Source: Myxococcota bacterium (GTDB lineage Bacteria; Myxococcota_A; UBA9160; SMWR01). Taken from it: 64,000 bases of DNA. Positions 34,854 to 43,915 of this stretch are shown in pieces (the stretch's first letter is position 1; the number at the start of each line of letters is the position of its first letter). The position numbers were made by a program, and so were the translations under genes. Under the pieces are notes generated by a model. That model was not told the DNA's origin and did no database searches. It was given only the letters and a program-made list of their open reading frames with translations. The stretch is from the NCBI GenBank assembly GCA_030749415.1, contig JASMKC010000063.1, positions 39,573-103,572 on the forward strand. The letters run 5' to 3'.

Positions 34854-36476
34854 GTGAAAAAAATGGATTTCCTCCATCGGATTCGAGGTTACGTGTTGCC
34901 AGCACTGGTACTGATCTCCCTGGGGCTGGCTCTATTGGGCGCAGTGCTCGATCCCGCCTTCTACCTGGGGTTTCTCGCCATGGTGCCGCTGCTCCTCCTC
35001 GGGGTCTACGACCTCCAGCAGCCGCACCACAGCATCCTGCGCAACTACCCTCTGCTCGGACACCTTCGTTTCCTGCTCGAGGACGCCGGCCCAGAGCTCC
35101 ACCAGTACTTCGTAGAGAGCAATACGAGCGGCCGTCCCTTCGACCGCGATCAGCGCTCCATGATCTACCGCCGCGCGAAGGACATCGAGGCGGTAAAGCC
35201 CTTCGGGACCGAACTCGACGTCTACGCGCCGGGCTACGGCTTCATCAGTCACTCCGCCAAGCCGCACCCGATGGTGAAGGACCCGGCCCGGACGCTGCGG
35301 GTCCAGGTGGGAGGCGCCCACTGCAAGCACCCCTATTCCGCCTCGGTACTGAACATTTCCGCCATGAGCTTCGGCGCACTCAGCGCCAACGCGATCCGGG
35401 CCCTGAATACGGGCGCTCGGCTGGGCGGCTTCGCACACAATACCGGCGAGGGCGGCTTCAGTCGCTACCACCGCGAGTCCGGCGGGGACATCATCTGGCA
35501 AATCGGGACCGGCTACTTCGGCTGCCGAAAAGATGACGGAACGTTCGATGTGGGGATGTTTGCGGAGCAGGCGAGCATCGAACAGGTGAAGATGATCGAA
35601 CTCAAAATCTCGCAAGGCGCCAAGCCCGGCCACGGCGGCATCCTGCCCGCCGTCAAGGTAACGCGTGAGATCGCCGAAGCCCGCAAGGTGCCGGAAGGCC
35701 AGGACTGTTTCTCTCCCCCGGGCCATTCGGCCTTCGGAACACCGATCGAAATGCTCGAGTTCATCCAAACTCTGCGTGAGCACGCCTCGGGAAAACCAGT
35801 GGGGTTCAAGATCTGCATCGGCGAGCCGCACGAATTGCTTGCCATCTGCAAGGCCATACTCGAAACCGAGATCCTGCCGGATTTCATCACGGTCGACGGT
35901 GCCGAGGGCGGTACGGGGGCCGCTCCCCAGGTATTTTCGGACCGTCTCGGCTTTCCGCTTCGCGAGGGGCTCATACTCGTTCACAACTCGCTCATCGGCA
36001 TCGGACTCCGCGACTCCGTGAAACTTGCGGCCAGCGGGATGCGCATGGCCGGCTACGAAATCGCCTCGGCGATGGCGCTCGGAGCGGACTGGTGCAATGT
36101 GGCTCGGGGCTTCATGTTCTCCATCGGCTGCATCCAGTCTCAGGGCTGTCACACCAACCGCTGCCCGGTGGGCGTCGCAACCCAGGACGAGCGGCTGCAG
36201 CGAGCAATCGTTGTAGAGGAGAAAGCGCAGCGCGCCTATCGATTCCACAAGAACACGGTCGAGGGTCTCGCCGAAATGACGGCCGCTTGTGGACTCGACC
36301 ACCCGAACGAGTTCACGCCGACCCGTCTCTACGAGCGGATCAGCGCGCACCAGATACGCCGCTTCGATCAGCTCTACGACTTCGCGAAGCCCGGAGCGCT
36401 CCTGGGGAACGAAGTGCCCGAACTCCTGCGGAGCCACTGGGAGAGCGCTAGCGCCACGACCTTCGATCCTACTTGA
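34854..36476 (+). CDS. FMN-binding glutamate synthase (GltB domain 2-like) family protein with N-terminal TM segments
   Basis: 540 aa. ISAMSFGALS, KISQGAKPGHGG and DGAEGGTGAAP motifs are typical of this family. GTG at 34854 or ATG at 34863. Confidence 0.85.
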   Translation: MKKMDFLHRIRGYVLPALVLISLGLALLGAVLDPAFYLGFLAMVPLLLLGVYDLQQPHHSILRNYPLLGHLRFLLEDAGPELHQYFVESNTSGRPFDRDQRSMIYRRAKDIEAVKPFGTELDVYAPGYGFISHSAKPHPMVKDPARTLRVQVGGAHCKHPYSASVLNISAMSFGALSANAIRALNTGARLGGFAHNTGEGGFSRYHRESGGDIIWQIGTGYFGCRKDDGTFDVGMFAEQASIEQVKMIELKISQGAKPGHGGILPAVKVTREIAEARKVPEGQDCFSPPGHSAFGTPIEMLEFIQTLREHASGKPVGFKICIGEPHELLAICKAILETEILPDFITVDGAEGGTGAAPQVFSDRLGFPLREGLILVHNSLIGIGLRDSVKLAASGMRMAGYEIASAMALGADWCNVARGFMFSIGCIQSQGCHTNRCPVGVATQDERLQRAIVVEEKAQRAYRFHKNTVEGLAEMTAACGLDHPNEFTPTRLYERISAHQIRRFDQLYDFAKPGALLGNEVPELLRSHWESASATTFDPT

Positions 36477-36697
36477 GCCGTCGGAGTCAGCTGCACGCGC
36501 GTCTCCGCGCCCGCAGCAGACAAACGGCCGCCACCATCACCCACGGCAACCCGAGCTAGCCCCGGTGTGCCGCAAGTCCGGCAAGGGCCAACGCGGTCTC
36601 GCTCTCAGAAAACGTGCCGAGAAGCACCGCCGCAGGGTCATGAGTATCGATGAACTCCTCGAGCGGGAACACCTCCTGCGAACCGGAGCCAGGACTC

Positions 36698-38080
36698 CTA
36701 GAGCAGGGGCGCGGCGGTTCGCACAGCGCCTTCGAGAGCATCGCGGAACGCGCTGGGCGCGCGCACTCCCTCACGACAATCCCGCCGGAGCGTGCCGACC
36801 CAGGCCGCGATCGCATCCACGTCCTTCGCCTCGTAGAGAAAAAGCGACGCCTCGTAGTTCAGCCGCAGGCTCCGGAGATCGATGTTGCAGGAGCCGAGGA
36901 TTGCGAGAGCCTCGTCCACCACCACGGCCTTCGCGTGCACCATCCCCCGGGTGTAGAGCAAGATCCGGCCGCCGGCCCGCTGGATCTCGCGCAGGTAGGT
37001 GCCTCGTGCCAGGTCGGCCAAGCGGTGGTTCGACTTCTCGGGCACGAGGATCTGGACATCGACGCCGCGGCGCGCTGCGAGGGCGAGGGCCTGGGCGAGG
37101 GCGTCGTCGGGAACGAAGTAGGGCGTCACCGCCCAGAATCGCCGCTCACTGGCCCAGATCGCAGAGAGCAGGGCTGCATAGTGCGGATCGTCCGGCACGT
37201 CGGGACCCGAGGGCACGACTTGAGCGGTCGCTCCGCCGCCGTGGGCTGCGACTTCGAACTCCGGCACCGGATCGACCTCTAGCCGCTCTCCGGCCGCCCG
37301 CTGCCAGTCGCTGCGAAAGATTGCCGAGAAATCGGCCACCGCCGGGCCCTCCAGCAAGAAGGCGAGATCGCGCCACCGGTCGGGACGAGGTGTCGGGCCG
37401 AGGTATTCCCCGGCAAGATTCAAGCCCCCGGCCAGGGCGCGGGCACCGTCCACCAGCACGATCTTGCGGTGGTTGCGCTGATTCGCGCGCCCCCCCAGCA
37501 ACCGCCACAGCCGGCCCGAAAATGCGACGCGCCCTCCCGCCGCTGTGAGCGGCTCGAGAAAGCGAGCGCGCGTGGTGAACGAACCCACGGCGTCGAGCAG
37601 CAGCCGCACCTCGATACCTTCTCGCGCCCGACGCGCGAGCCGCTCGAGGATGTCACGACCCACCGGGTCGGGGTGGAGAATGAACATCTCGATTCGAATG
37701 CACCGGGTCGCCGACTCGATCAAATCGACGAGTACGCGATAGACCTCTTCACCGGTTCCCCAAAAGGCAACGCGATTGCCCGTCGTGGCAGGGGCGATGC
37801 CGTACGCACGCAGCAGGCGATCAGTCGGCGTGCAGGGTTCACCCGCGCCCTGCGGCCCGGCCCGCAGCAGCTCGGCCGGCGTTCCGCTGCGCTCCTTGCG
37901 CACGGCGAGCAGCAGATAAAGCGGCACACCGACCCAGGGCATCAGCACGATCGCGAGCAGCCAGGCCATCGTACTCGTCGGCGGTCGCCGCTCGCGAAGC
38001 AGCCGACCGACCAGAACCGCCCCGAACAGCAGTCCTAGAACCGCCGTCGCGTGAAGCGCGAACCACCAGGAAGAGGGCAC
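36698..38080 (-). CDS. cls: cardiolipin synthase (PLD superfamily)
   Basis: 460 aa with two N-terminal TM segments and two HKD motifs (HRKIVLVDG, HAKAVVVDE). Confidence 0.9.
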   Translation of the reverse strand: MPSSWWFALHATAVLGLLFGAVLVGRLLRERRPPTSTMAWLLAIVLMPWVGVPLYLLLAVRKERSGTPAELLRAGPQGAGEPCTPTDRLLRAYGIAPATTGNRVAFWGTGEEVYRVLVDLIESATRCIRIEMFILHPDPVGRDILERLARRAREGIEVRLLLDAVGSFTTRARFLEPLTAAGGRVAFSGRLWRLLGGRANQRNHRKIVLVDGARALAGGLNLAGEYLGPTPRPDRWRDLAFLLEGPAVADFSAIFRSDWQRAAGERLEVDPVPEFEVAAHGGGATAQVVPSGPDVPDDPHYAALLSAIWASERRFWAVTPYFVPDDALAQALALAARRGVDVQILVPEKSNHRLADLARGTYLREIQRAGGRILLYTRGMVHAKAVVVDEALAILGSCNIDLRSLRLNYEASLFLYEAKDVDAIAAWVGTLRRDCREGVRAPSAFRDALEGAVRTAAPLL

Positions 38081-38124
38081 CGCGGCATCTTACATCGCGG
38101 TGCCCCGCTGCGGCTCGGGGCCGA

Positions 38125-38223
38125 TCAGCCCTCCCCAGTGACGCTGCGCGCCAGGGTCACCACGAGATAGAAGAGTGCAATGATGCAGACAACGACGAGC
38201 GCGATGCGCACGGGATTGCTCAA
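38125..38223 (-). CDS. candidate 32-aa single-TM small protein upstream of cls
   Basis: Not in the ORF track. A TTG at 38223 is preceded by GGAGG and encodes SNPVRIALVVVCIIALFYLVVTLARSVTGEG. It lies 44 nt upstream of the cls start. Confidence 0.3.
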   Translation of the reverse strand: MSNPVRIALVVVCIIALFYLVVTLARSVTGEG

Positions 38224-38528
38224 GGCTTGACCTCCAACGCTCCAACCGAGCTTCCAGGCTAACACGCCGGCGCACGGAGCGGTGGCAATCGTTCCGGTGC
38301 TTCGCTCTGGCTCGGCTTCGCCCCGGGGCAGCGCGGGGAAGCGTCTCCAGCGCGCGCCGGAAGCGAGGCGGTCCCACGGGACACCGCGGTCGACTCCCAG
38401 ACACCCCGGTGAGCCCCGGCCGGCCGGATACCCTGTGGATGGGTATTTCTGGTCCTGGGTGTGGAAACGCTCGTCAACTCACCGGATTGCCTGCGGAGCC
38501 GCTTTTCCGGAACCCCCCGTGCGATCCA

Positions 38529-40169
38529 TCACGCGGCAGGACCTACAACTTGCTTCGCCCAGCGATAGTCGGCCTTGCCGCTCGGGCTCCTCTGGATCGA
38601 ATCGCGAAAGACAAAGGCCTTCGGCAACTTGTAACGAGAGAGATGTTTGCCCGCTTCCGCGAGCAAGTCTTCGGGCGTCGCGGACGCCCCCTCGCGCAGC
38701 TGCACGATCGCCACCACTGCCTGCCCCCAACGCTCGCTGGGCCGCCCCGCCACCACCGCATCGTAGACGTCGGGGTGCTGCTTCACCGCCGCCTCGACCT
38801 CTTCGGCAAAGATCTTCTCGCCGCCGGAGTTGATCGTCACCGAGTCGCGGCCGAGCACCTCGAAACTTCCGTCCGAGCGGATGCGCGCCCGGTCGCCCGG
38901 CACCGAGTAGCGGACCCCCCCGATTTCCGGGAAGGTACGCGCGGTCTTCTCCGCATCGCCCAGGTAGCCGAGAGGGACGCGGCCCTGTTGAGCGAACCAG
39001 CCGATTTCATCGGCGCCGGGCGCGAGCACACGGGTCAGGTCTTCGGACACGACGCAGGAGCCGGGCATCGGTGCAAAGTCTCCGGTCGACACCCCCGTGC
39101 CCTTGTTGCTCGGGTTGGTCGCCTGGGCCCCCGTCTCGGACGAACCGATCCCGTCCATGATCGTGATGTCGGGAAGGCACTCGAGCAGCGCGCGCTTGTT
39201 GTTCGCCGACAGTGGCGCTCCCCCGGAGCCGATCAGGATCAGGCTGGACACATCCCGCTCACCCCGGCGCAGCGCATCGATGAGAGGCTTCGCAAAGGCA
39301 TCGCCCACGATCGTGAGGGTGTTGGCCTCTTCGCGCTCGATTACCTCGAGTACGGCGGCGGCGGCGAAGCGCTTCACCTCGTCGCAGAAGATGAGCGTGT
39401 TGCCCATACCGAAATTGATGAAGCTGACCCACTGGGCTGCGCCGTGCATGAGCGGCGGACCCTGCACCGCCTTGATCCCCGGACCGTTCTTTGCGTACTC
39501 GAAGATCTCATCGAGCGACGCCATCTCCATCCCGTCGAGCCGGCGCCCCCCCATCGCAGCCACGTAGATGTCGGCCGAACGCCACAATACGCCCTTCGGC
39601 ATGCCCGTCGTTCCGCCGGTATAGAGGATGTAGAGATCATCCGGCGAGTGATCGAGGTCCGGAAGCTCCGGCTCCATCGAAGCGAGTGCCTCCTCGTAGT
39701 CGACGGCACCGGGGAGCAGTGCTTCGCCCGAGTCGTCGGCGACCTGAATCAGAACCTCGAGTTGCGGAAGCGCATTGCGTATGGCGGCGATGCGCGGTGC
39801 AAATTCCGCGTGGTAGACCACGGCCTTCGCACACGAGTCCTCGAAGAGATAGCGGAGTTCCTCCTCGACATAGCGGTAGTTCACGTTGAGCGGCGCCGTG
39901 CGGGCCATGAAGGCGCCGAGCATGCCCTCGATATACTCGTTTCCGTTGTAGAGATAGATCGCCAGGTGGTCCTGCCCAGACTCGTGGCCAGACAATTCGG
40001 ATCGCTCGCCATGAATCGTCAGGCCGCGAGAGACCAGGTAACGAGCGAGGCGACGGCTGCGGTCCCGCAGTTCCCGAAAGGTGAAGCGGCGCTTGCCGAA
40101 GACCAGGGCTTCCCGGTCGGGAGCCGCCTCGGCGATCGTCTCGAATACCTGAGGAAAGTGAAAGTCCAC
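38529..40169 (-). CDS. acyl-CoA synthetase / AMP-dependent ligase
   Basis: The GTG at 40169 has GGGAGG upstream. It has the AMP-binding motif YTGGTTGMPKG and a C-terminal GKxDYR-like motif. Confidence 0.85.
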   Translation of the reverse strand: MDFHFPQVFETIAEAAPDREALVFGKRRFTFRELRDRSRRLARYLVSRGLTIHGERSELSGHESGQDHLAIYLYNGNEYIEGMLGAFMARTAPLNVNYRYVEEELRYLFEDSCAKAVVYHAEFAPRIAAIRNALPQLEVLIQVADDSGEALLPGAVDYEEALASMEPELPDLDHSPDDLYILYTGGTTGMPKGVLWRSADIYVAAMGGRRLDGMEMASLDEIFEYAKNGPGIKAVQGPPLMHGAAQWVSFINFGMGNTLIFCDEVKRFAAAAVLEVIEREEANTLTIVGDAFAKPLIDALRRGERDVSSLILIGSGGAPLSANNKRALLECLPDITIMDGIGSSETGAQATNPSNKGTGVSTGDFAPMPGSCVVSEDLTRVLAPGADEIGWFAQQGRVPLGYLGDAEKTARTFPEIGGVRYSVPGDRARIRSDGSFEVLGRDSVTINSGGEKIFAEEVEAAVKQHPDVYDAVVAGRPSERWGQAVVAIVQLREGASATPEDLLAEAGKHLSRYKLPKAFVFRDSIQRSPSGKADYRWAKQVVGPAA

Positions 40170-40405
40170 TCGCCCGACCTCCCGCTGAAACCTACGGCAC
40201 GCGCCAAACGCGCGACTGGACACTCTAGCACCCAGAGGGGGGGATCTAGCGCAGGGAAGCAGGGGGAGGACGAACCTCCGCTGCGGAGCGCGCAACGGAT
40301 TCAGTTTCGGTCCAGCGGCTGGCGTGGCCAACCCTCTGGCTCCGGAACTCACACCGGTAGAACTTGGGACACTCGTCGCTCTGCTCGTCGCAACCGCTGT
40401 GCGCT

Positions 40406-41641
40406 TCAGCCGAACGCGCCGGCAGACTCGAGTTTCTCGATCGTGGCCCCGTCATAGCCCAGCGTGTCGCGCAGGACCTGCAGGTTGTGCTCGCCCACAG
40501 TCGGCGCCTTCGAGGGCGCGGGGAGCGTCTCACCCACGTACTTCACGGGGAAGGGCAGCATCTCGATCCCGTGCTCCTCGACCGGATAGAGGGGAAAACG
40601 GTCCCGGAACTGCGGGTCTTGGGACAATGTCTTCGGCGAGTTGCACGGGGCGATCGGAAAGTTCTTCTCGTCGCCGAGCCGAATCCACTCCTCGCACGAC
40701 TTCGTCTTGAAGATCTCACGCAGCTCGATCTGGAGCTCCCGGTTTCCGAGCGCATGATCGGCAAACTTCGAGCCGGGCCAGCGCTCGAAGAGATCGATCC
40801 GCTCGATGCACTCGCAAAAGTTCTTCCAGAAGGCCTGCTCCGAGCACATGAAGAGCACGACGCCGTCGCTGGCATCATAGGTCTGGTAGCGGACACCCTG
40901 CCGCATACCGGCCGTTCCGACCGGCCGCCGCTCGTAATTGTCCGACTTGTTCCCGGTCACCACGTCTTCGGGGCGCTCGTAGGCCAGGTGCGATTCTGAG
41001 CGGTACCAGTCCATGTACGCCGCGGCGTCGGACTGGCCGATCTCGAGGAAGCTTCCCTCACCAGTTTCGCGGGCGCGAAGAATCGCAGCCAGGATTCCGA
41101 GAGCACCAAACAATGGACCGGCGTGCATACCGATCGATGCGTGCTCCGGGATGTAGCAAAAGCCCTCGTCGTCGTAGGCGGGGTTTACGACACCGGCCCA
41201 GGTGTCGAAGGCAATGCCGTGGGCGGGTAGATTCTGGTACGGACCGGTCATGCCGTAGCCCGAGATGTTGCAGAACACGATCTTGGGGTTTATCGGCTTC
41301 AGGTCGTCGAAGCCGAGCCCACGACGAGCCAGAGAGCCGGGTCGCATGGCCTCCACGACGGCATCCGCGCCCTTCACGAGTTCCTTGTACACATCCACGG
41401 CCTCGGGCTTCTTCAGATCCAGCGTCAGGCTCTTCTTGCCGCGGTTGGTGTGGAGGTGAAGGAGCGAAACGCCTTCGACGATCGGCCACGTCATCTCGCG
41501 CACGTAGTCGCCAGAAGGGGACTCGACCTTGATGACGTCTGCACCCAGATCGGCGAGGTGCAGGGTGATGGCAGCCGGTCCGAGAAGGCTGCTTTCGATG
41601 ATGCGGACGCCAGCGAGCGGCGCCGGCCTGCTGGAGGTCAT
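40406..41641 (-). CDS. CaiB/BaiF family III CoA-transferase
   Basis: 411 aa. PLAGVRIIESSLLGPAAITLHLADLGADVIKVESP is typical of family III CoA-transferases. Confidence 0.85.
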   Translation of the reverse strand: MTSSRPAPLAGVRIIESSLLGPAAITLHLADLGADVIKVESPSGDYVREMTWPIVEGVSLLHLHTNRGKKSLTLDLKKPEAVDVYKELVKGADAVVEAMRPGSLARRGLGFDDLKPINPKIVFCNISGYGMTGPYQNLPAHGIAFDTWAGVVNPAYDDEGFCYIPEHASIGMHAGPLFGALGILAAILRARETGEGSFLEIGQSDAAAYMDWYRSESHLAYERPEDVVTGNKSDNYERRPVGTAGMRQGVRYQTYDASDGVVLFMCSEQAFWKNFCECIERIDLFERWPGSKFADHALGNRELQIELREIFKTKSCEEWIRLGDEKNFPIAPCNSPKTLSQDPQFRDRFPLYPVEEHGIEMLPFPVKYVGETLPAPSKAPTVGEHNLQVLRDTLGYDGATIEKLESAGAFG

Positions 41642-41767
41642 GGGGGCTCCCTTGCTTCGTTTTTCCCAGACCCGATTTCTCTACACGGCAGTTGCGAAGA
41701 GAATCGAGACGGACAACGCAGTGTGGAGGAAATCCCCGGGCAGCGCCGCCCCTGCGGGCACCTCTCC

Positions 41768-43915
41768 CTACTTCTCGTCGAAGTTCGACACGCCGTCCCA
41801 GTCCTCGGGCGGCGGATGGGCCGCGTGAGTGCGAGCCAGGCCGAGCAGGCGCTCCACCGAAAGGTCGCCGGGGTCGTCCAGAAGCAGGTCTTCGAGGATC
41901 TCCACCGCACTCGCGAAGCTCCGCGATCGGTAGAACGCAAGCGCCTCCTCGTAGCGTGCAGCGAAACGCCGCACCTTCTCACCGACATCGGAATCGCTTC
42001 CCAACAGTTCCACCACCTCGACCGGGCGCTCCTTCCCCTTCACGCGCACGACGTCCAGCATGCGCCAGGCGAAACCCGGACCCGCCGCCTCTCGAGTCGA
42101 GGCCGCTGCAACGACGCTGACGCCGTAGGAACGGCCCAGGCCCTCGAGCCGGCTCGCCAGGTTCACGGTGTCTCCCATTGCCGTGTAGACAAGCCGCGAC
42201 GCCGCTCCCACGTTTCCAATCAGGGCCGGCCCCGACGCCAACCCGAACCGCGTCGGCAACGGCGCCAGGCCGCGTGCGTGCCAGTCCGAGTTGAGTACCA
42301 CCAGACGCTCTTGGCAACGGACAACCGCGTGAATGGCGCGACGCGCGTGGTCCTGCACATCTTTTGGTGCACCCCACATGGCGGTAATGCCATCTCCGTT
42401 GAGCTGCGTCACCGTGCCGTAGCCATCGGCCTGGATGATCCCGAGCAGTTCCTCGAAGTACTCGGCCACATGGACCATCAGTGTCTCTGGAGACATGTGC
42501 TCGGAGATGGTGGTGAAGCCCGCGATATCGGTGAAGAGCGAAGTGATCTCGCGATTTGCACCGCCGATGCGCGCGGCCTCTCCCCGAGTCAACAGCTCAC
42601 GGATGATCTCCATGGGCACGTAGCGCGAGAAGGCATCGAGGGCCAGCCGCATGCGATCCTGCTCCGCGGCGAGTTGATCAACCTCCCGAAGGTTCGATTC
42701 GACCTGCTTCAGACCCGTCAGTTCGAGAGTTCCAATTCGCTGGCTGTTCTCGGCTAGAGTCGCAAGGGGGCTTCCGTAGCGCCGCGCCAGCCAGAAGGCC
42801 ATGGCGGTAGCGATGCCAAAACCGAACATCGAGATACCGGCCAGCAACAAGCGCTGTTCTCCAATGATCCCAACCAGGTCCTCTTGGGGCACCAACGCCG
42901 CGAGCGTCAGCTCGCGGTTGGTGCCGAGAGGATAGGGCCGAACGTCGGCCCACCACGTCTCTCCTCCGCTTTGAAAGGAGAAGATCCCTCTCTGGTCGGG
43001 TGGCAACGACTCAAACCGCCGCGTGGCATCCTCGATCACCACAACCCCTAGTTCACCCGGTCGATTCAGGAGCGCCGCCTCCCGGGTCTTCGGATCGTCG
43101 AAGCGCGGTAGACCCGGGAGCCCGAGCACACGACCGTCCTCGGCGAGCAGGAAGGCAAATCCATTCGGACTGACCTCGAGGCGCCGTGTGAAGTCCGTGA
43201 GGTCGCTGAGCGCCACGTCGTACGCCAGAACGAAGCGATGACCCGTTGCGTCTTGCACTCGAACCATCGCCGTCACACCCGGTTCACCGGTCGTGAAAAA
43301 TTTGTAGACGTCCGTCCAATAGACCGCACTGGAAGGCGACACTTCCGGATCCGGCTCGACCGCCACGCGATACCAGTCCCGGGTTCGCGGATCGTACCGC
43401 TCGTCTTCGGGCGGTTCCTCGACGGTCCATTTGCGCAGCAGGGTGGTCTCGTCGCTCCACTCAGAGAACTCGATTCGATCCCCCCAGCGGTCGGTCCATA
43501 CGAGGCGATTGCGCCAGCGGTCGGGAAAGCGCCACAGCAAGTATCCCCGGCCCTCGGCAGTACCCACGTTGACCGCCGAGATCTGCGGGATCTCCTCGAC
43601 CAGCGGCATGAAGACCGCATTCATTGCGGCCGGGTCGTCGAGGTCGACGACGCCGGTGCGAGCCAGCTGCGCTCCGAGAAGGAGCGAGCGTTGCACCGGA
43701 TCGGTGAAGCCGTGGACTTCCCCGCGAACTGAATGCAGGGCGCTACCGATCAACGCCTCCGAAGCGGACCTGGCTATGCGTTGCCCGGTGTAAACAGTCG
43801 AGAGCAGAATCGTTCCGGTCAACAAGACGATCAGCAGGAAGAGATTCCGAATCAGGCTCCGTCGAATCGGGACCCCCTTCAAGGAGGTTCCGGAGTCGCT
43901 CGCGGCGTCTGTCAT
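41768..43915 (-). CDS. membrane sensor adenylate/guanylate cyclase (periplasmic Cache-like domain, HAMP, class III cyclase domain)
   Basis: I chose the ATG at 43915 (an ATGA overlap with the upstream stop). It has two TM segments flanking a loop of about 330 aa, and a cyclase core (TSLFTDIAGFTT...GDGITAMWGAP...GDTVNLASRLEG). Confidence 0.85.
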   Translation of the reverse strand: MTDAASDSGTSLKGVPIRRSLIRNLFLLIVLLTGTILLSTVYTGQRIARSASEALIGSALHSVRGEVHGFTDPVQRSLLLGAQLARTGVVDLDDPAAMNAVFMPLVEEIPQISAVNVGTAEGRGYLLWRFPDRWRNRLVWTDRWGDRIEFSEWSDETTLLRKWTVEEPPEDERYDPRTRDWYRVAVEPDPEVSPSSAVYWTDVYKFFTTGEPGVTAMVRVQDATGHRFVLAYDVALSDLTDFTRRLEVSPNGFAFLLAEDGRVLGLPGLPRFDDPKTREAALLNRPGELGVVVIEDATRRFESLPPDQRGIFSFQSGGETWWADVRPYPLGTNRELTLAALVPQEDLVGIIGEQRLLLAGISMFGFGIATAMAFWLARRYGSPLATLAENSQRIGTLELTGLKQVESNLREVDQLAAEQDRMRLALDAFSRYVPMEIIRELLTRGEAARIGGANREITSLFTDIAGFTTISEHMSPETLMVHVAEYFEELLGIIQADGYGTVTQLNGDGITAMWGAPKDVQDHARRAIHAVVRCQERLVVLNSDWHARGLAPLPTRFGLASGPALIGNVGAASRLVYTAMGDTVNLASRLEGLGRSYGVSVVAAASTREAAGPGFAWRMLDVVRVKGKERPVEVVELLGSDSDVGEKVRRFAARYEEALAFYRSRSFASAVEILEDLLLDDPGDLSVERLLGLARTHAAHPPPEDWDGVSNFDEK

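Noticed and set aside
36480-36697. Small ORFs downstream of cls (e.g. the 39-codon GTG ORF ending at 36556)
   Set aside because: The SD-like AGGAG directly abuts the GTG with no spacer, and there is no recognisable family or hydrophobic pattern. I treat the region as intergenic.
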